Origin: a virus
Lineage: Duplodnaviria; Caudoviricetes
Virus record (IMG/VR): IMGVR_UViG_3300027819_000018
Location: 1 to 48,719 of that record
DNA length: 48,719 bases
Direction: 5' to 3' (one strand)
Part shown: one piece after another, positions 28,170 through 37,393 of the stretch
Layout: every line of letters starts with the position of its first letter
How positions within the stretch are numbered: position 1 is the stretch's first letter
Program-made: the position numbers and the translations under genes
Notes under the pieces: generated by a model
What the model was told of the DNA's origin: nothing
The model's database searches: none
The model's input: the letters and a program-made list of their open reading frames with translations, nothing else

Positions 28170-28636
28170 CCATCGGCATTCGCATCGTTGGCCTGCGTGA
28201 GGTACAGCGCACGCTGGGCGTGGACATCAAGCCTGCCCTCCAGGCCGCGACCAAGGCCATTGCACTTGAGGTACAGGGGGAGATAGCGCCCTATCCGCCG
28301 GCGACGATGGCCAACAGCCCCAGCAACCCGACGGGCAAGTGGTATCAGCGGGAATATGGTCCTAGGTGGCGACGCAAGGACGGCACGATAGGCGGGCGCA
28401 AGACCAGCGAGACATTAACCAAGGTATGGGGCATCAAGGCAACGGGCGGGATCGGCGCGGTGCTTGGCAATAAAGCCAGCTACGCCGAGTTCGTGCATAG
28501 CAAGACCAAGCAGGCGCGGTGGATGGCCCGCATAGGCTGGGTGACCGATGAGGCCGCGGTGGACAAGGTGGTTCGCTCTGGCCGGGTGCAGGCGCACGTG
28601 ACGAAGGCGATTATGGCGAGATTGAGGAGGGGATGA
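28166..28636 (+). CDS. HK97 gp10-like neck/morphogenesis protein
   Basis: IRIVGLREV..., VLGNKASYAEFVH motif. Confidence 0.65.
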   Translation: MTIGIRIVGLREVQRTLGVDIKPALQAATKAIALEVQGEIAPYPPATMANSPSNPTGKWYQREYGPRWRRKDGTIGGRKTSETLTKVWGIKATGGIGAVLGNKASYAEFVHSKTKQARWMARIGWVTDEAAVDKVVRSGRVQAHVTKAIMARLRRG

Positions 28637-28800
28637 TCATGAATATGATAGTTGGACATTGTCCTAAATGTGGGGCGCCGATTTATGCGCCCACGGTATG
28701 GATGGGCATTACTCCGCCACCGTCGATGTATTCATGTATGTGCTATGCGGCGATGGGGGCAAGAACTGTGACCACGAATGGCACTGGAGAAGTAGTGTGA
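28633..28800 (+). CDS. 55-aa zinc-ribbon hypothetical protein
   Basis: GAGGAGG RBS; GHCPKCGAPIY...YSCMC. Confidence 0.5.
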   Translation: MIMNMIVGHCPKCGAPIYAPTVWMGITPPPSMYSCMCYAAMGARTVTTNGTGEVV

Positions 28801-29027
28801 ACGCGACCATACCAACCATCCGGCAGTGTAGGTTCTGCCGATTCTGGCGGGGCAGCAGCCAGGTTTACCGCGCCTGTGAGCTAGGGCGGGAACTGCTGAT
28901 AACCACCAGCGCCGATGAGCGGTGCCACCGGTTCGAGTCGGGCGGGGTGTTGCCGGAATCCTACGTCGACCAGGTCAACATCACTGAGAGCGAAGCTGCG
29001 CTACGGTTGTGCGAGGTGGGAGGGTGA
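28797..29027 (+). CDS. Cys-rich hypothetical protein
   Basis: GTGA coupling; CRFCRFW...C...C. Confidence 0.5.
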   Translation: MNATIPTIRQCRFCRFWRGSSQVYRACELGRELLITTSADERCHRFESGGVLPESYVDQVNITESEAALRLCEVGG

Positions 29028-29028
29028 T

Positions 29029-29205
29029 ATGTGCCGCGAGCACGCAGAGCAACTACGCAAGCTAATAGAGGACAATCCAGACTGTAATATGTTTTGGGCA
29101 CCCTGTCCAGACCTAGCTGAGTCTGAGAACGCAACGCATATGCTAGTCAAATGGCAGGGGATAATCACGACTAGCACAGATGCGTATACGGTGGTGGAAG
29201 CGTGA
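29029..29205 (+). CDS. Hypothetical protein
   Basis: GGAGGG RBS. Confidence 0.45.
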   Translation: MCREHAEQLRKLIEDNPDCNMFWAPCPDLAESENATHMLVKWQGIITTSTDAYTVVEA

Positions 29206-29417
29206 TGCAACAAGGGAGCACACAACTGAAGGTAGTCCGCTGTCAGGATTGCGGCACGATACTATTCAAGGCCGACTTGGGGCCGGGGACGACCATCGAA
29301 GCGAAGTGTGCCAAGTGCAACACGTTCACACTGCTGCACACCTGGCCTAGATCGAGAGCGAATTGCACAGTTAGCGCGAGTATAGAACATAACATAACCA
29401 TCTGTACAAGCGCCTGA
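29202..29417 (+). CDS. Mu Com-like zinc-ribbon regulator
   Basis: VRCQDCGTILFKA...IEAKCAKCNT matches the Com family pattern. Confidence 0.7.
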   Translation: MMQQGSTQLKVVRCQDCGTILFKADLGPGTTIEAKCAKCNTFTLLHTWPRSRANCTVSASIEHNITICTSA

Positions 29418-29422
29418 CAGTA

Positions 29423-29431
29423 TGTTATAAT
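29423..29431 (+). promoter_or_regulatory. Extended -10 promoter upstream of the head operon
   Basis: TG-T-TATAAT; weak -35 TGTACA at 29403 with 17-bp spacer. Confidence 0.6.
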
Positions 29432-29454
29432 CAAGGCAACAAAATAGGCATATA

Positions 29455-29498
29455 TAAAGACCGCTTAAAGGCCGGGTAAAGGCCGCGCAAAGGTCGGA
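29455..29498 (+). repeat. Four tandem 11-nt repeats (consensus TAAAGGCCG..)
   Basis: taaagaccgct taaaggccggg taaaggccgcg caaaggtcgga. Confidence 0.85.
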
Positions 29499-29521
29499 AG
29501 TTTTTCCGGCCTTTTTTGTTT
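29489..29521 (+). terminator. Intrinsic terminator whose 5' arm is the last repeat
   Basis: AAAGGTCGGAA-GTT-TTCCGGCCTTT followed by TTTGTTT. Confidence 0.7.
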
Positions 29522-29545
29522 GCTCCCGAAAAGGAGGCGGTCAAA

Positions 29546-30817
29546 ATGCCCTACGAGATACGCGAGAACGATGCCAAGGCCGTCAAGTTCGTCGACGGCA
29601 GCCAATCGGAGGTTACTGGCCTTCTGGCTCCTTACGGGGGCTTGTTTAACGGACGGGACCTTGACGGGCAGTTTTTTAGCAAGAACACTGATTTCTGCTT
29701 GAGTTGGTTCGAGGGCGACAGGCCACTACTGTACCATCACGGATTGGATGCAGATGCAGGCGTTTCGGTTATTGGCCGCATCAAGTCTGTCTCTCAGGAT
29801 GACATTGGGCTGTGGATGCGCGCCCAGCTGGATGAGTCCAACAAATACTTCAACGCCATTCAGCAGCTAATCAAGCAGGGCAAGCTCTTCCTGTCTTCCG
29901 GCGCTATGTCCCACCTCGTGCAAGTCAATGGCAAAAGTGGCGAGATACTGCGCTGGCCGCTAGTCGAAGGCAGCACGACCCCCACGCCGAGCAATCTACT
30001 AGCTCACGTTGACCTGGCTACCGCCGAAAAGCGCTTCAAGGCCATCGACACAGCCTTGCCTGAATCGCTCAAGCTCTCCTCGGCCGACATGCCGGAAGAC
30101 GAAGAGATGCCCAGTCGGATGGTTCAGAAAAAGCCAGCCAAGATGATGATGACCAAGCCTCAGATGCGCAAGCTCGCCAAAGAGATGGCTCAGGACATGG
30201 GCGTCGAAATGTCCAGCGACGAAATGGACGCGATGATGGACAAGATGCCCGCCGAGATGGACGAGGCCACGGCCAAAGAGAAGCTACGCGGGATGATGGG
30301 GAAGAAGAAGTCGGTCAAAATGTCGATGACGATGGGTCGACGGATGATGGGCGAAATGGCTGAGCAGATGGGAATGCCGATGTCCGAGTCCGACATGGAC
30401 AGGATGATGGGCCAAATGGGCGATATGTCCGAAATGGACGAGGACCAGGCCAAGGACAAAATGCGGGCGATGTTGCGCCGCGAAATGAACAAATCCGCCA
30501 ACCTACTCGACCTCATCGAAACCACCGAATTTAGCAATGTTCCCCTGGCCGACCAGGCCGAGGGGCTGAACATAATCGCCGCCAGCCTGTTTGAGCGAAC
30601 GAAAGACCTCAATCAGCGGCGCGTCAAAGAAGGGCGGGTATTATCCACCGTCAACCGCAAGCGGCTGCGCGAAAGCATTGCAGCGATGCGGGCGGCTATG
30701 GACGAAACCTGTACCTGGCTTGACAGCACGGAGCCCACGCCGGAAGGCAAGTCGGCAGACGTGCGGCGGCTGCGGACCGAAATCTATCAGACCTACATCG
30801 CGGCAAACGCAAGTTAG
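29546..30817 (+). CDS. HK97-family prohead protease fused to Met-rich scaffold-like region
   Basis: RDLDGQFF, PLLYHHG, IGR, DDIGLW, LSSGA, EGSTTPTP protease motifs; KEGRVLS..N scaffold motif; AGGAGG RBS. Confidence 0.85.
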   Translation: MPYEIRENDAKAVKFVDGSQSEVTGLLAPYGGLFNGRDLDGQFFSKNTDFCLSWFEGDRPLLYHHGLDADAGVSVIGRIKSVSQDDIGLWMRAQLDESNKYFNAIQQLIKQGKLFLSSGAMSHLVQVNGKSGEILRWPLVEGSTTPTPSNLLAHVDLATAEKRFKAIDTALPESLKLSSADMPEDEEMPSRMVQKKPAKMMMTKPQMRKLAKEMAQDMGVEMSSDEMDAMMDKMPAEMDEATAKEKLRGMMGKKKSVKMSMTMGRRMMGEMAEQMGMPMSESDMDRMMGQMGDMSEMDEDQAKDKMRAMLRREMNKSANLLDLIETTEFSNVPLADQAEGLNIIAASLFERTKDLNQRRVKEGRVLSTVNRKRLRESIAAMRAAMDETCTWLDSTEPTPEGKSADVRRLRTEIYQTYIAANAS

Positions 30818-30831
30818 GAGAAAAGCAAACT

Positions 30832-32172
30832 ATGGAAAAAGCACTGAAGGACATCGAAGGGCGGATGGCCGCTCTTCTGAGAGAGTCCGACGAGATAGCT
30901 ACCAAGGGGCTTGAGGGCGACTTCGAGCGACTGAAGACTATCAACGTCGAGATGACCGACCTGAAGGGCAAGAAAGAAACCCTCAAGTCATCCCTGGAAA
31001 ACGCCCAGTGGGCGCGAATGTCGGCGGGAATGCTGCCGCTCACCGGCAACCCCGGCGAAGTCACGGTACAGGGCGTCAAGAAAACCGGCGAGACGGTTAT
31101 CGAGGACCAAGGCAACAACATCCTCATCAACCAGGACGGCGAGGGCCTACTCCCGGCGGAGAAGGTCAAGCTCATCCGCTCGGCGGAGTACAAGTCGGCT
31201 GTCAAGTCCTACATGCGCAAGCTGGGCGAGTGGAATCTCGGCTACGACGCCTTGAAGGTCTTGCAAGAGGGTGCCGACACTTCCGGCGGCTACCTGGTGC
31301 CCGAGGACATGCTCAACCGGCTCATCGCCAAGGAGCCCGCACCGACCACGATAGGCGGGCGCGTGTCCCGGCTGACCACCTCCAAGGACGTGCTGAGTGT
31401 CCCCCGCGTGGTCTACACCACGGACAACCAGTACACCTCGGGCATGCGCGTGACCTGGACCGGCGAGGTCCCGGCGTCCGCGACCACGCACCGAGTTACC
31501 GAGCCTAGCTTCGGGCAGGTTCGTATTCCCATCTTCACGGCCATGATGAGCCTACCGCTCACCAACGACCTGATTGACGATGCGTCCTATCCGCTGATGT
31601 CCTGGTGTACCAGCAAGTTTGAGGAAACTATTCGCTTGCTGCAATCCAACATGATCATCAATGGCGGCGGGGCGACCGAGCCGCAGGGCATTCTCGTCAA
31701 CTCGCAGTTCATCGCCAACGACGTGCATACCGGCACTAGCGGGGCGTTGACCTGGGACGGCATTCTCAACACCGCCTTTGCTCTGCCGGAACAATACGAC
31801 GAGAACGCCGTCTGGGTCATGAACAAGGCTTCCGGGGCGCTGAACCTCTCGAAACTTCAGGATGGCGAGGGTCGGCCTTACTGGTCGATGGGCACCGGGG
31901 ACAGCGGCCTGGTGGGGATGCGCATCAAGCGCGACCTGATCGGCTATCCCGTCATCTTCGACAGCTTCATGCCCAACGTCTCGGCGGGGCTCTACCCCAT
32001 CATCTTCGGGGATCTACGCGGCTACTACCTGGTCAACCGGGCCGCGTTCTCGGTCCAATACCTGCGTGAGCTTTACGCCGAAACCGGCCAGATCGTGCTC
32101 CTGGGCAAGATTCGCTTCGGCGGCCAGCTAGTCGAGGACTACAGAGTCGTCGGCCACGTGGCGAGCGCGTAA
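30832..32172 (+). CDS. Major capsid protein (HK97 fold)
   Basis: SGGYLVPED, WTGE, EPQGI, NAVWVMN, LQDGEGRPYW, LIGYPV, IIFGDL, RFGG. Confidence 0.93.
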   Translation: MEKALKDIEGRMAALLRESDEIATKGLEGDFERLKTINVEMTDLKGKKETLKSSLENAQWARMSAGMLPLTGNPGEVTVQGVKKTGETVIEDQGNNILINQDGEGLLPAEKVKLIRSAEYKSAVKSYMRKLGEWNLGYDALKVLQEGADTSGGYLVPEDMLNRLIAKEPAPTTIGGRVSRLTTSKDVLSVPRVVYTTDNQYTSGMRVTWTGEVPASATTHRVTEPSFGQVRIPIFTAMMSLPLTNDLIDDASYPLMSWCTSKFEETIRLLQSNMIINGGGATEPQGILVNSQFIANDVHTGTSGALTWDGILNTAFALPEQYDENAVWVMNKASGALNLSKLQDGEGRPYWSMGTGDSGLVGMRIKRDLIGYPVIFDSFMPNVSAGLYPIIFGDLRGYYLVNRAAFSVQYLRELYAETGQIVLLGKIRFGGQLVEDYRVVGHVASA

Positions 32173-32196
32173 GGCGCAGAAAGGGAGAATTTGACA

Positions 32197-32652
32197 ATGC
32201 ACAACCTGACTAAAAACGTCCGCATCGACCCGGCGTTCATCAACGCTGTTGCTGGCTCGACGTTTAAGTACTCCGTCGTGTTCGACATGCAGGGGTACGA
32301 GGGGATCGCCGGCATTCTCAACATTGGCGACGTAACCACCGGCGCGGCCTGCCCGTTCTACGCCGAAGGCTCGACCGCGAGTGACGGCACGTTCGTCAGC
32401 TTCTACGGCTCGACGGCTGCCTTCACGGTAGCGGGGGCATCCGGAGATGTGTGGCTCATTTCAGAGGTCTACCGGCCCAACAAGCGCTATGTGCGCTTCG
32501 TGGCTGGCCGGGCCACGGCCAACACCGTAATCAATGGCGGGCTGGCCTTGCGCTATCGGGCCGACGAGCTGCCAGTGGCCGAGTCGACGTCCATCGCCGG
32601 GACCGGCTGGGTCCAGGACTACGCACTGGCGGTCAACGCGACTTCCAGCTAA
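32197..32652 (+). CDS. Capsid decoration/cement-like protein
   Basis: Directly after the MCP; beta-rich; DMQGYEG...KRYVR pattern. Confidence 0.6.
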   Translation: MHNLTKNVRIDPAFINAVAGSTFKYSVVFDMQGYEGIAGILNIGDVTTGAACPFYAEGSTASDGTFVSFYGSTAAFTVAGASGDVWLISEVYRPNKRYVRFVAGRATANTVINGGLALRYRADELPVAESTSIAGTGWVQDYALAVNATSS

Positions 32653-32748
32653 TAGTCGAATTACTCCAACGTCCCCCGGCCAGGCTGGGAGGAATAGAGG
32701 TTGGCGGACTTGGCATTCCGCCAACCTCGTAGCAAAGGAGGTGCCAAA

Positions 32749-33621
32749 TTGAGTTATGTCCCACTCGTTTACAAGACCAGCGGGGGCGATCAACTCACCG
32801 TCGCTAGTGGCGGAGTCCTCGAACTGGAATCCGGCGCAACCCTATCCCTCGATGGGCAGGATATTAGTAGCACTGGAGGCATAGAGGCTTCCAGCGGAAC
32901 CTTTACCGCCGACATCGCGCTCACATCGGGCATCAGCGCGTCGACAGGTATATTCACCGGGGGCGTGCAGCTATCCAGCACGTTGACCGCGGTACACGGC
33001 ACGTTCTCGAGCGGCATCACGGCGACCACCGGGAACTTTTCTGGCGACATAGCCGTAACGTCCGGCATTACTGCCACCACGGGCAACTTCTCCGGGGGTA
33101 TCGCGCTCACCTCGGGAATATCAGGAACTACCGGCAACTTCTCGTCGGGCGCCAGCTTCGGGGGAGCGGTCTCGTTCACCAGTGGCATTAGCGCTACAAC
33201 GGGTAATTTCTCGGCTGGCATCGCCGTATCCTCGGCGGCATCGGTAGCCAACACGTTCACGATGTCTAGCGCGATGGTCCGACCCTTCGAGACGTTCGCC
33301 ACGGGCGTATCTAGCGGGCAGGCCATCAAGACATATGGCGTTTCTCAAATCTGGTCCTGTGGCCTAGAGACCGGGCGGCTCTGGTCGATGGGCGCGGGCG
33401 TGGCCGGCTACGAGAAGTGGATTTACAACGTCGGGGCGGCCTCGACGGCTGCGGCTATCGTGCAGACGAGCGGCAGCGCAGCAATGATCAATGGCACCAA
33501 CACATCGCTCATATTCTCGACCGGCGGGACCAATCGCCAATGGGCGTTCCTGCTCTGCGAGAACTCGACCAACTGGATGCTCTTAGCAGCGTCCACCGAC
33601 GTGACACTCAGCGCATCATAA
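32749..33621 (+). CDS. Head-fiber-like Ser/Thr/Gly-rich repeat protein
   Basis: TTG after AAGGAGGT; N-terminal SYVPLVYKTSGGDQLTVASGG.LELESG resembles head fibers; ~17-aa SGITATTGNFSG repeats. Confidence 0.7.
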   Translation: MSYVPLVYKTSGGDQLTVASGGVLELESGATLSLDGQDISSTGGIEASSGTFTADIALTSGISASTGIFTGGVQLSSTLTAVHGTFSSGITATTGNFSGDIAVTSGITATTGNFSGGIALTSGISGTTGNFSSGASFGGAVSFTSGISATTGNFSAGIAVSSAASVANTFTMSSAMVRPFETFATGVSSGQAIKTYGVSQIWSCGLETGRLWSMGAGVAGYEKWIYNVGAASTAAAIVQTSGSAAMINGTNTSLIFSTGGTNRQWAFLLCENSTNWMLLAASTDVTLSAS

Positions 33622-33630
33622 CACATAGAA

Positions 33631-33684
33631 ACCTGGCCGGGGCTGGCGGGGCATCCCTTCCTGCTTGCGCGGTCCCGGCCGGGT
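33631..33684 (+). promoter_or_regulatory. Long GC hairpin containing an anti-SD segment
   Basis: ACCTGGCCGGG/CCCGGCCGGGT stem; internal TCCCTTCCT complementary to RBS AGGAAGGGG (33692-33700). Confidence 0.4.
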
Positions 33685-33704
33685 CAAACGAAGGAAGGGG
33701 AGAA

Positions 33705-34784
33705 ATGGAAGAAGGGACGACAAGCGGATTGGGTATCGTTTATTTCAGCACTGCCGTCAACAACGCAGGCAGCAGTAAACCCAAACGAAAAAAGGCAAAA
33801 AGAGCGTTGCCGAAAGTAGCGATACCAGAACCATCAGCGGAAGCAGTTGAGTTAGTTCAAGTCAGTGAGAAATTGCCTGTGGTGGCAAACTCAACGGCCG
33901 AAGTACAGGCGATACCGGAAGCAACAGCGACGGCGGCAATCGTACAGGTAGAAGGCGAAGTCAAGGCTGCGGAGACTGTCTCAATCAGCAACGAGACGGC
34001 GACGGTCGCATTCAAGCCGATGACCAAAGAGGAGCTTGAAGCGGCTGCACCAACCCTACCAGTCGAGCAGAAAGCCAAGCGCACCAAAGTGGCGATACTC
34101 GGCTTCACCGACTCATGGAAGCTGGCGCCGTTCCAGGACCCGGAATACGAGATATGGGGCCTCAACGAACTATACCAGTTCATTCCGAGATGGGATAGGT
34201 GGTTTGAGTTGCACAGCAGGCGCGTCTACGAGAATGACCGCAACCGGGTGAGCGACCATATCCAGAAGTTGAAGGCGATGACCTGCCCGGTCTACATGCA
34301 TCAGAAGTGGGACGACATCCCGGCCAGCGTGCCCTATCCGTTGCAGGAAGTGGCGCAGTGCATCCCGAATCCCAGTCCGGGGGCCAAGCCGTATCTGACG
34401 AACACCATATCGTACATGATTGCCTTGGCAATTATCGAGGGGTTCACGGACATCGGAGTGTTCGGCGTGGATATGGCACATTCAACTGAGTACGGCCAAC
34501 AACGCCCAAGCTGCGAGTTCTACGTCGGCATCGCCATGGGCCGCGGTATTCGCGTCTACATCCCGCCTGAAGCGGACCTGCTCAAAACGCCGTTCCTGTA
34601 CGGCTACGAGGAAGAGGCCGCTAACGCCTTCGACGTAAAGCTCAAGGCGCGCAAGGCCGAAATCGAGCAGAAGATAGCGGGCTTGGACAATCAGATCACG
34701 CAACTGGTCGAGGCGCGGGCCCAGTACCGCGGGGCACACCAGGATACCGACTATATGCTCAGCAACTGGAAATCACAGCACTAG
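33705..34784 (+). CDS. Putative sialyl/nonulosonyl-transferase-like glycosyltransferase (CstII/GT42/Maf-like fold)
   Basis: KVAILG...IWGLN...TNTISYMIALAIIEGFTDIGVFGVDM..STEY parallels CstII KVIIAG...VFRCN...TSGVYMCAVAIALGYKEIYLSGIDF (recalled from memory). Confidence 0.7.
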   Translation: MEEGTTSGLGIVYFSTAVNNAGSSKPKRKKAKRALPKVAIPEPSAEAVELVQVSEKLPVVANSTAEVQAIPEATATAAIVQVEGEVKAAETVSISNETATVAFKPMTKEELEAAAPTLPVEQKAKRTKVAILGFTDSWKLAPFQDPEYEIWGLNELYQFIPRWDRWFELHSRRVYENDRNRVSDHIQKLKAMTCPVYMHQKWDDIPASVPYPLQEVAQCIPNPSPGAKPYLTNTISYMIALAIIEGFTDIGVFGVDMAHSTEYGQQRPSCEFYVGIAMGRGIRVYIPPEADLLKTPFLYGYEEEAANAFDVKLKARKAEIEQKIAGLDNQITQLVEARAQYRGAHQDTDYMLSNWKSQH

Positions 34785-34822
34785 ACATAACGCCATAGTG
34801 TGAGCACAGATGGAGGTGCAAC

Positions 34823-35530
34823 TTGGCAAATTCCACGGGGTTCGTAGGCACGCAAAAAGTCTGGCAGGAGTGGTACGAGGTATCGACCGGCCTGCATGCC
34901 CGGCTCATCGCTGGGGCGCTCATCGGCCTGACCACCGATGACGAGCTAGTCCAAATCAAGATGACCACAGCGGGCAATATCCACGTCGAAATGCAGCCGA
35001 GCACGGAGAGTGTTGGCTACGTCACCCTCGGGTCCAGCAACAACCACGCGGGACAGGTCGGGGGCAACTCGGCGTTTCCCAGTGCGGCCATTGCGGTGAC
35101 CACCTCAGGAGCTTATTCGAGCGGCGACGTGATGGGCGCCTCGGTGACGTTCTCTGGCTGCTTCCGCTCGACGGACATAATGTCGGGCATCCTCCAAAGC
35201 GTCGTCGTCACCGACCTTTCCACTGCGGCGCAATCGGCTATCGACCTCTGGCTGTTTCAGACCGTCACGACTGGCACGACGTACACCAACGATTCTGCGC
35301 TCACCCTGGCAGACGCGGACATTGCCAAACTGGTAGCCAAGGTCAGCATTTCCAGCGGTGATTACTACCAGTTTGCCAACAACGCCGCGGCGGTAGTCAG
35401 TAATCTCGGTTTGCCGATTCGTGCCACGACGGGCACCGGCTTGACCGGGGTAGCCATCTGCCGTTCGACGGGGCCGCAGTACGCGAGTACCGGGGACCTG
35501 AATGTAACGTTGGGGATTTTGCAGGATTGA
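34823..35530 (+). CDS. Ser/Thr-rich putative virion protein
   Basis: TTG after GGAGGT; beta-rich; AYSSGDVMG; in the morphogenesis operon. Confidence 0.6.
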   Translation: MANSTGFVGTQKVWQEWYEVSTGLHARLIAGALIGLTTDDELVQIKMTTAGNIHVEMQPSTESVGYVTLGSSNNHAGQVGGNSAFPSAAIAVTTSGAYSSGDVMGASVTFSGCFRSTDIMSGILQSVVVTDLSTAAQSAIDLWLFQTVTTGTTYTNDSALTLADADIAKLVAKVSISSGDYYQFANNAAAVVSNLGLPIRATTGTGLTGVAICRSTGPQYASTGDLNVTLGILQD

Positions 35531-35534
35531 CATA

Positions 35535-36773
35535 ATGCGACTACTAACCGAGCACGCCGAAATAGAAGAACTAGGCAACGGCAGAGAGCAGCAGGCCATT
35601 GGCATCGCACCGATAGCTTACCGGCGCAACGGCAGCCTGACGCGTATTGTCAACCAGTTGGGAGCATCGGGCGATCCGTCGCTGCCGCTGGGCGTTTCCG
35701 AGTTGGTGAATTTCCGCGTCCGTGACCGCCTCAGTGGTAACGCTCCCTTGGTGCATTTTGGCAAGGGGCAGAGTCACGTCCGGTTCACCCCGCTGAACAC
35801 CAACAATATCAATGGCGTGGTCGCAGGCAATACTGTCACTTTCCCGAACGCCTGGAACAACGCTGACCTCAGATTGTCCATCGGGGGGCATATCCTGCAC
35901 AAGCGCTGCCCGCTCAGAACGGGACACCCACGCACCTGGAACTTCCGGTTTGACGACCATCAGAATTTCAACTTCGACACGCTCAGTTCGGAGGAGTTTC
36001 GCATCCTGCCGCCGAGTCTACACAGAGGCATAGAAACTATCCCCCTCTCCTGGGTCAAATCTGTGCAAGGCGGCAAGAACATCCTATCCGTGACTCTGCC
36101 CGATGGAGACTTCGCCGGATGGGAGTTGGACCCGACGATTACCCTGCAGCCTGGCTCGGCTGGCATCGATACGCTGATTCAGAGCAATGCGCCGAATAAC
36201 AACTGGGGGGCTTACAACACGCTGGCTATCGGCCAGGTGGGGGTGGGCACTTATCGCGGGCTTATCAAGTTTGACCTGTCTAGCATTCCAAGCGGCGCTC
36301 TTGTCAGTGCGGCTACCCTGTCACTCTACTGTCTGGCCGATGCGTCCACCAACGCGCGTACCTTTCGTGTGTTTCGCCAAAAGCGAGCCTGGACGGAAGG
36401 CACTGGCTCGGGCTCGGCCACTGGCGACGGTGCTACCTGGGATACCTACGACGGTAGTCAAGCCTGGCAAACCGCCGGGGGCTTTGGGGCCAACGATTGC
36501 GAGCAGACCGACATTGGCAGCCGCGATTTCACCGCTTCCGAGACGGTCAACGAGTTCAAGGATTTTGTTCTCATCGCCAGCGCGGTGCAGGCGTGGATCG
36601 CCGGGACGTTTACCAACAACGGAGCCTTGATAAAGCCCGACACCGAGGATAGCGACGAGTACGATTTCGCCAGCTCCGACAACGCCACAGCTGGCAACCG
36701 GCCCAGTCTGGCGGTGGGGTATGTGATGCCTCGGCGCGGCATGTTCCACTTCCAAGGCTGGAGGAGGGTCTAA
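35535..36773 (+). CDS. DNRLRE/CBM96-like domain virion protein
   Basis: DTLIQSNAPNNNWG, RGLIKFDLSSIPSGA.VSAATLSLY, GATW, FASSDNATAGNRPSL. Confidence 0.75.
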   Translation: MRLLTEHAEIEELGNGREQQAIGIAPIAYRRNGSLTRIVNQLGASGDPSLPLGVSELVNFRVRDRLSGNAPLVHFGKGQSHVRFTPLNTNNINGVVAGNTVTFPNAWNNADLRLSIGGHILHKRCPLRTGHPRTWNFRFDDHQNFNFDTLSSEEFRILPPSLHRGIETIPLSWVKSVQGGKNILSVTLPDGDFAGWELDPTITLQPGSAGIDTLIQSNAPNNNWGAYNTLAIGQVGVGTYRGLIKFDLSSIPSGALVSAATLSLYCLADASTNARTFRVFRQKRAWTEGTGSGSATGDGATWDTYDGSQAWQTAGGFGANDCEQTDIGSRDFTASETVNEFKDFVLIASAVQAWIAGTFTNNGALIKPDTEDSDEYDFASSDNATAGNRPSLAVGYVMPRRGMFHFQGWRRV

Positions 36774-37393
36774 TGGCCTACGTCACCGTGCCGGACCTAC
36801 TCAAGTATCTCGGCAGCACCAACACGACCAGCTCCGTCAGCACCGGCGAGTATGAGACTCTCGATGCCTGTGTCAGTGCGGCCCAGCAGGAGATCGACAA
36901 CTACTGCCGCCGCTCCTTCGAGGAAACCACCGGCACGCGCTACTACCGCTCGGACGACCTGGTTGACCTACCCGGCCTGGGCGGCAGCGGCAACGTGCTC
37001 TGGCTGGGCGAGGACTGCCTAGCCGTCGACGCGCTGACCAACGGGGACGAGACGACCCTAACCAGCACTGAGTATTGGTTGGAGCCGCGCAACTCGTCGG
37101 CGCGCGGCAAGCCCTATCAGTATATCAGGCTTAGGACCGGCCAGTCGTGGATCTTCGACACCGACGGGGAGCTCAACGTCGCCGCGTCATGGGGCTACAG
37201 CAGCACTCCGGACGATACGATAGTGCAGCTGACCAAGGAAACGGCAGCTTTTCTGTACCGCAACCGTGATAACCCCGTGTTCGATGTCACGGCCAACCCG
37301 GAGCTCGGGATTATCACCACGCCGAAGGGCATGCCGGCGCACGTCAAGGTGGCGCTCTCGCAGGGCGGCTATCGCAAGAAGAGGATCGTATGA
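36773..37393 (+). CDS. Head-tail adaptor (gp6/gp15-like)
   Basis: MAYVTV.DL..YLG, AA..EIDNYCRRSF, WGYS..PD. Confidence 0.8.
   Translation: MAYVTVPDLLKYLGSTNTTSSVSTGEYETLDACVSAAQQEIDNYCRRSFEETTGTRYYRSDDLVDLPGLGGSGNVLWLGEDCLAVDALTNGDETTLTSTEYWLEPRNSSARGKPYQYIRLRTGQSWIFDTDGELNVAASWGYSSTPDDTIVQLTKETAAFLYRNRDNPVFDVTANPELGIITTPKGMPAHVKVALSQGGYRKKRIV

Noticed and set aside
29455-29498. Tandem repeats as a mini-CRISPR array
   Set aside because: 11-nt units with no spacers and no cas genes
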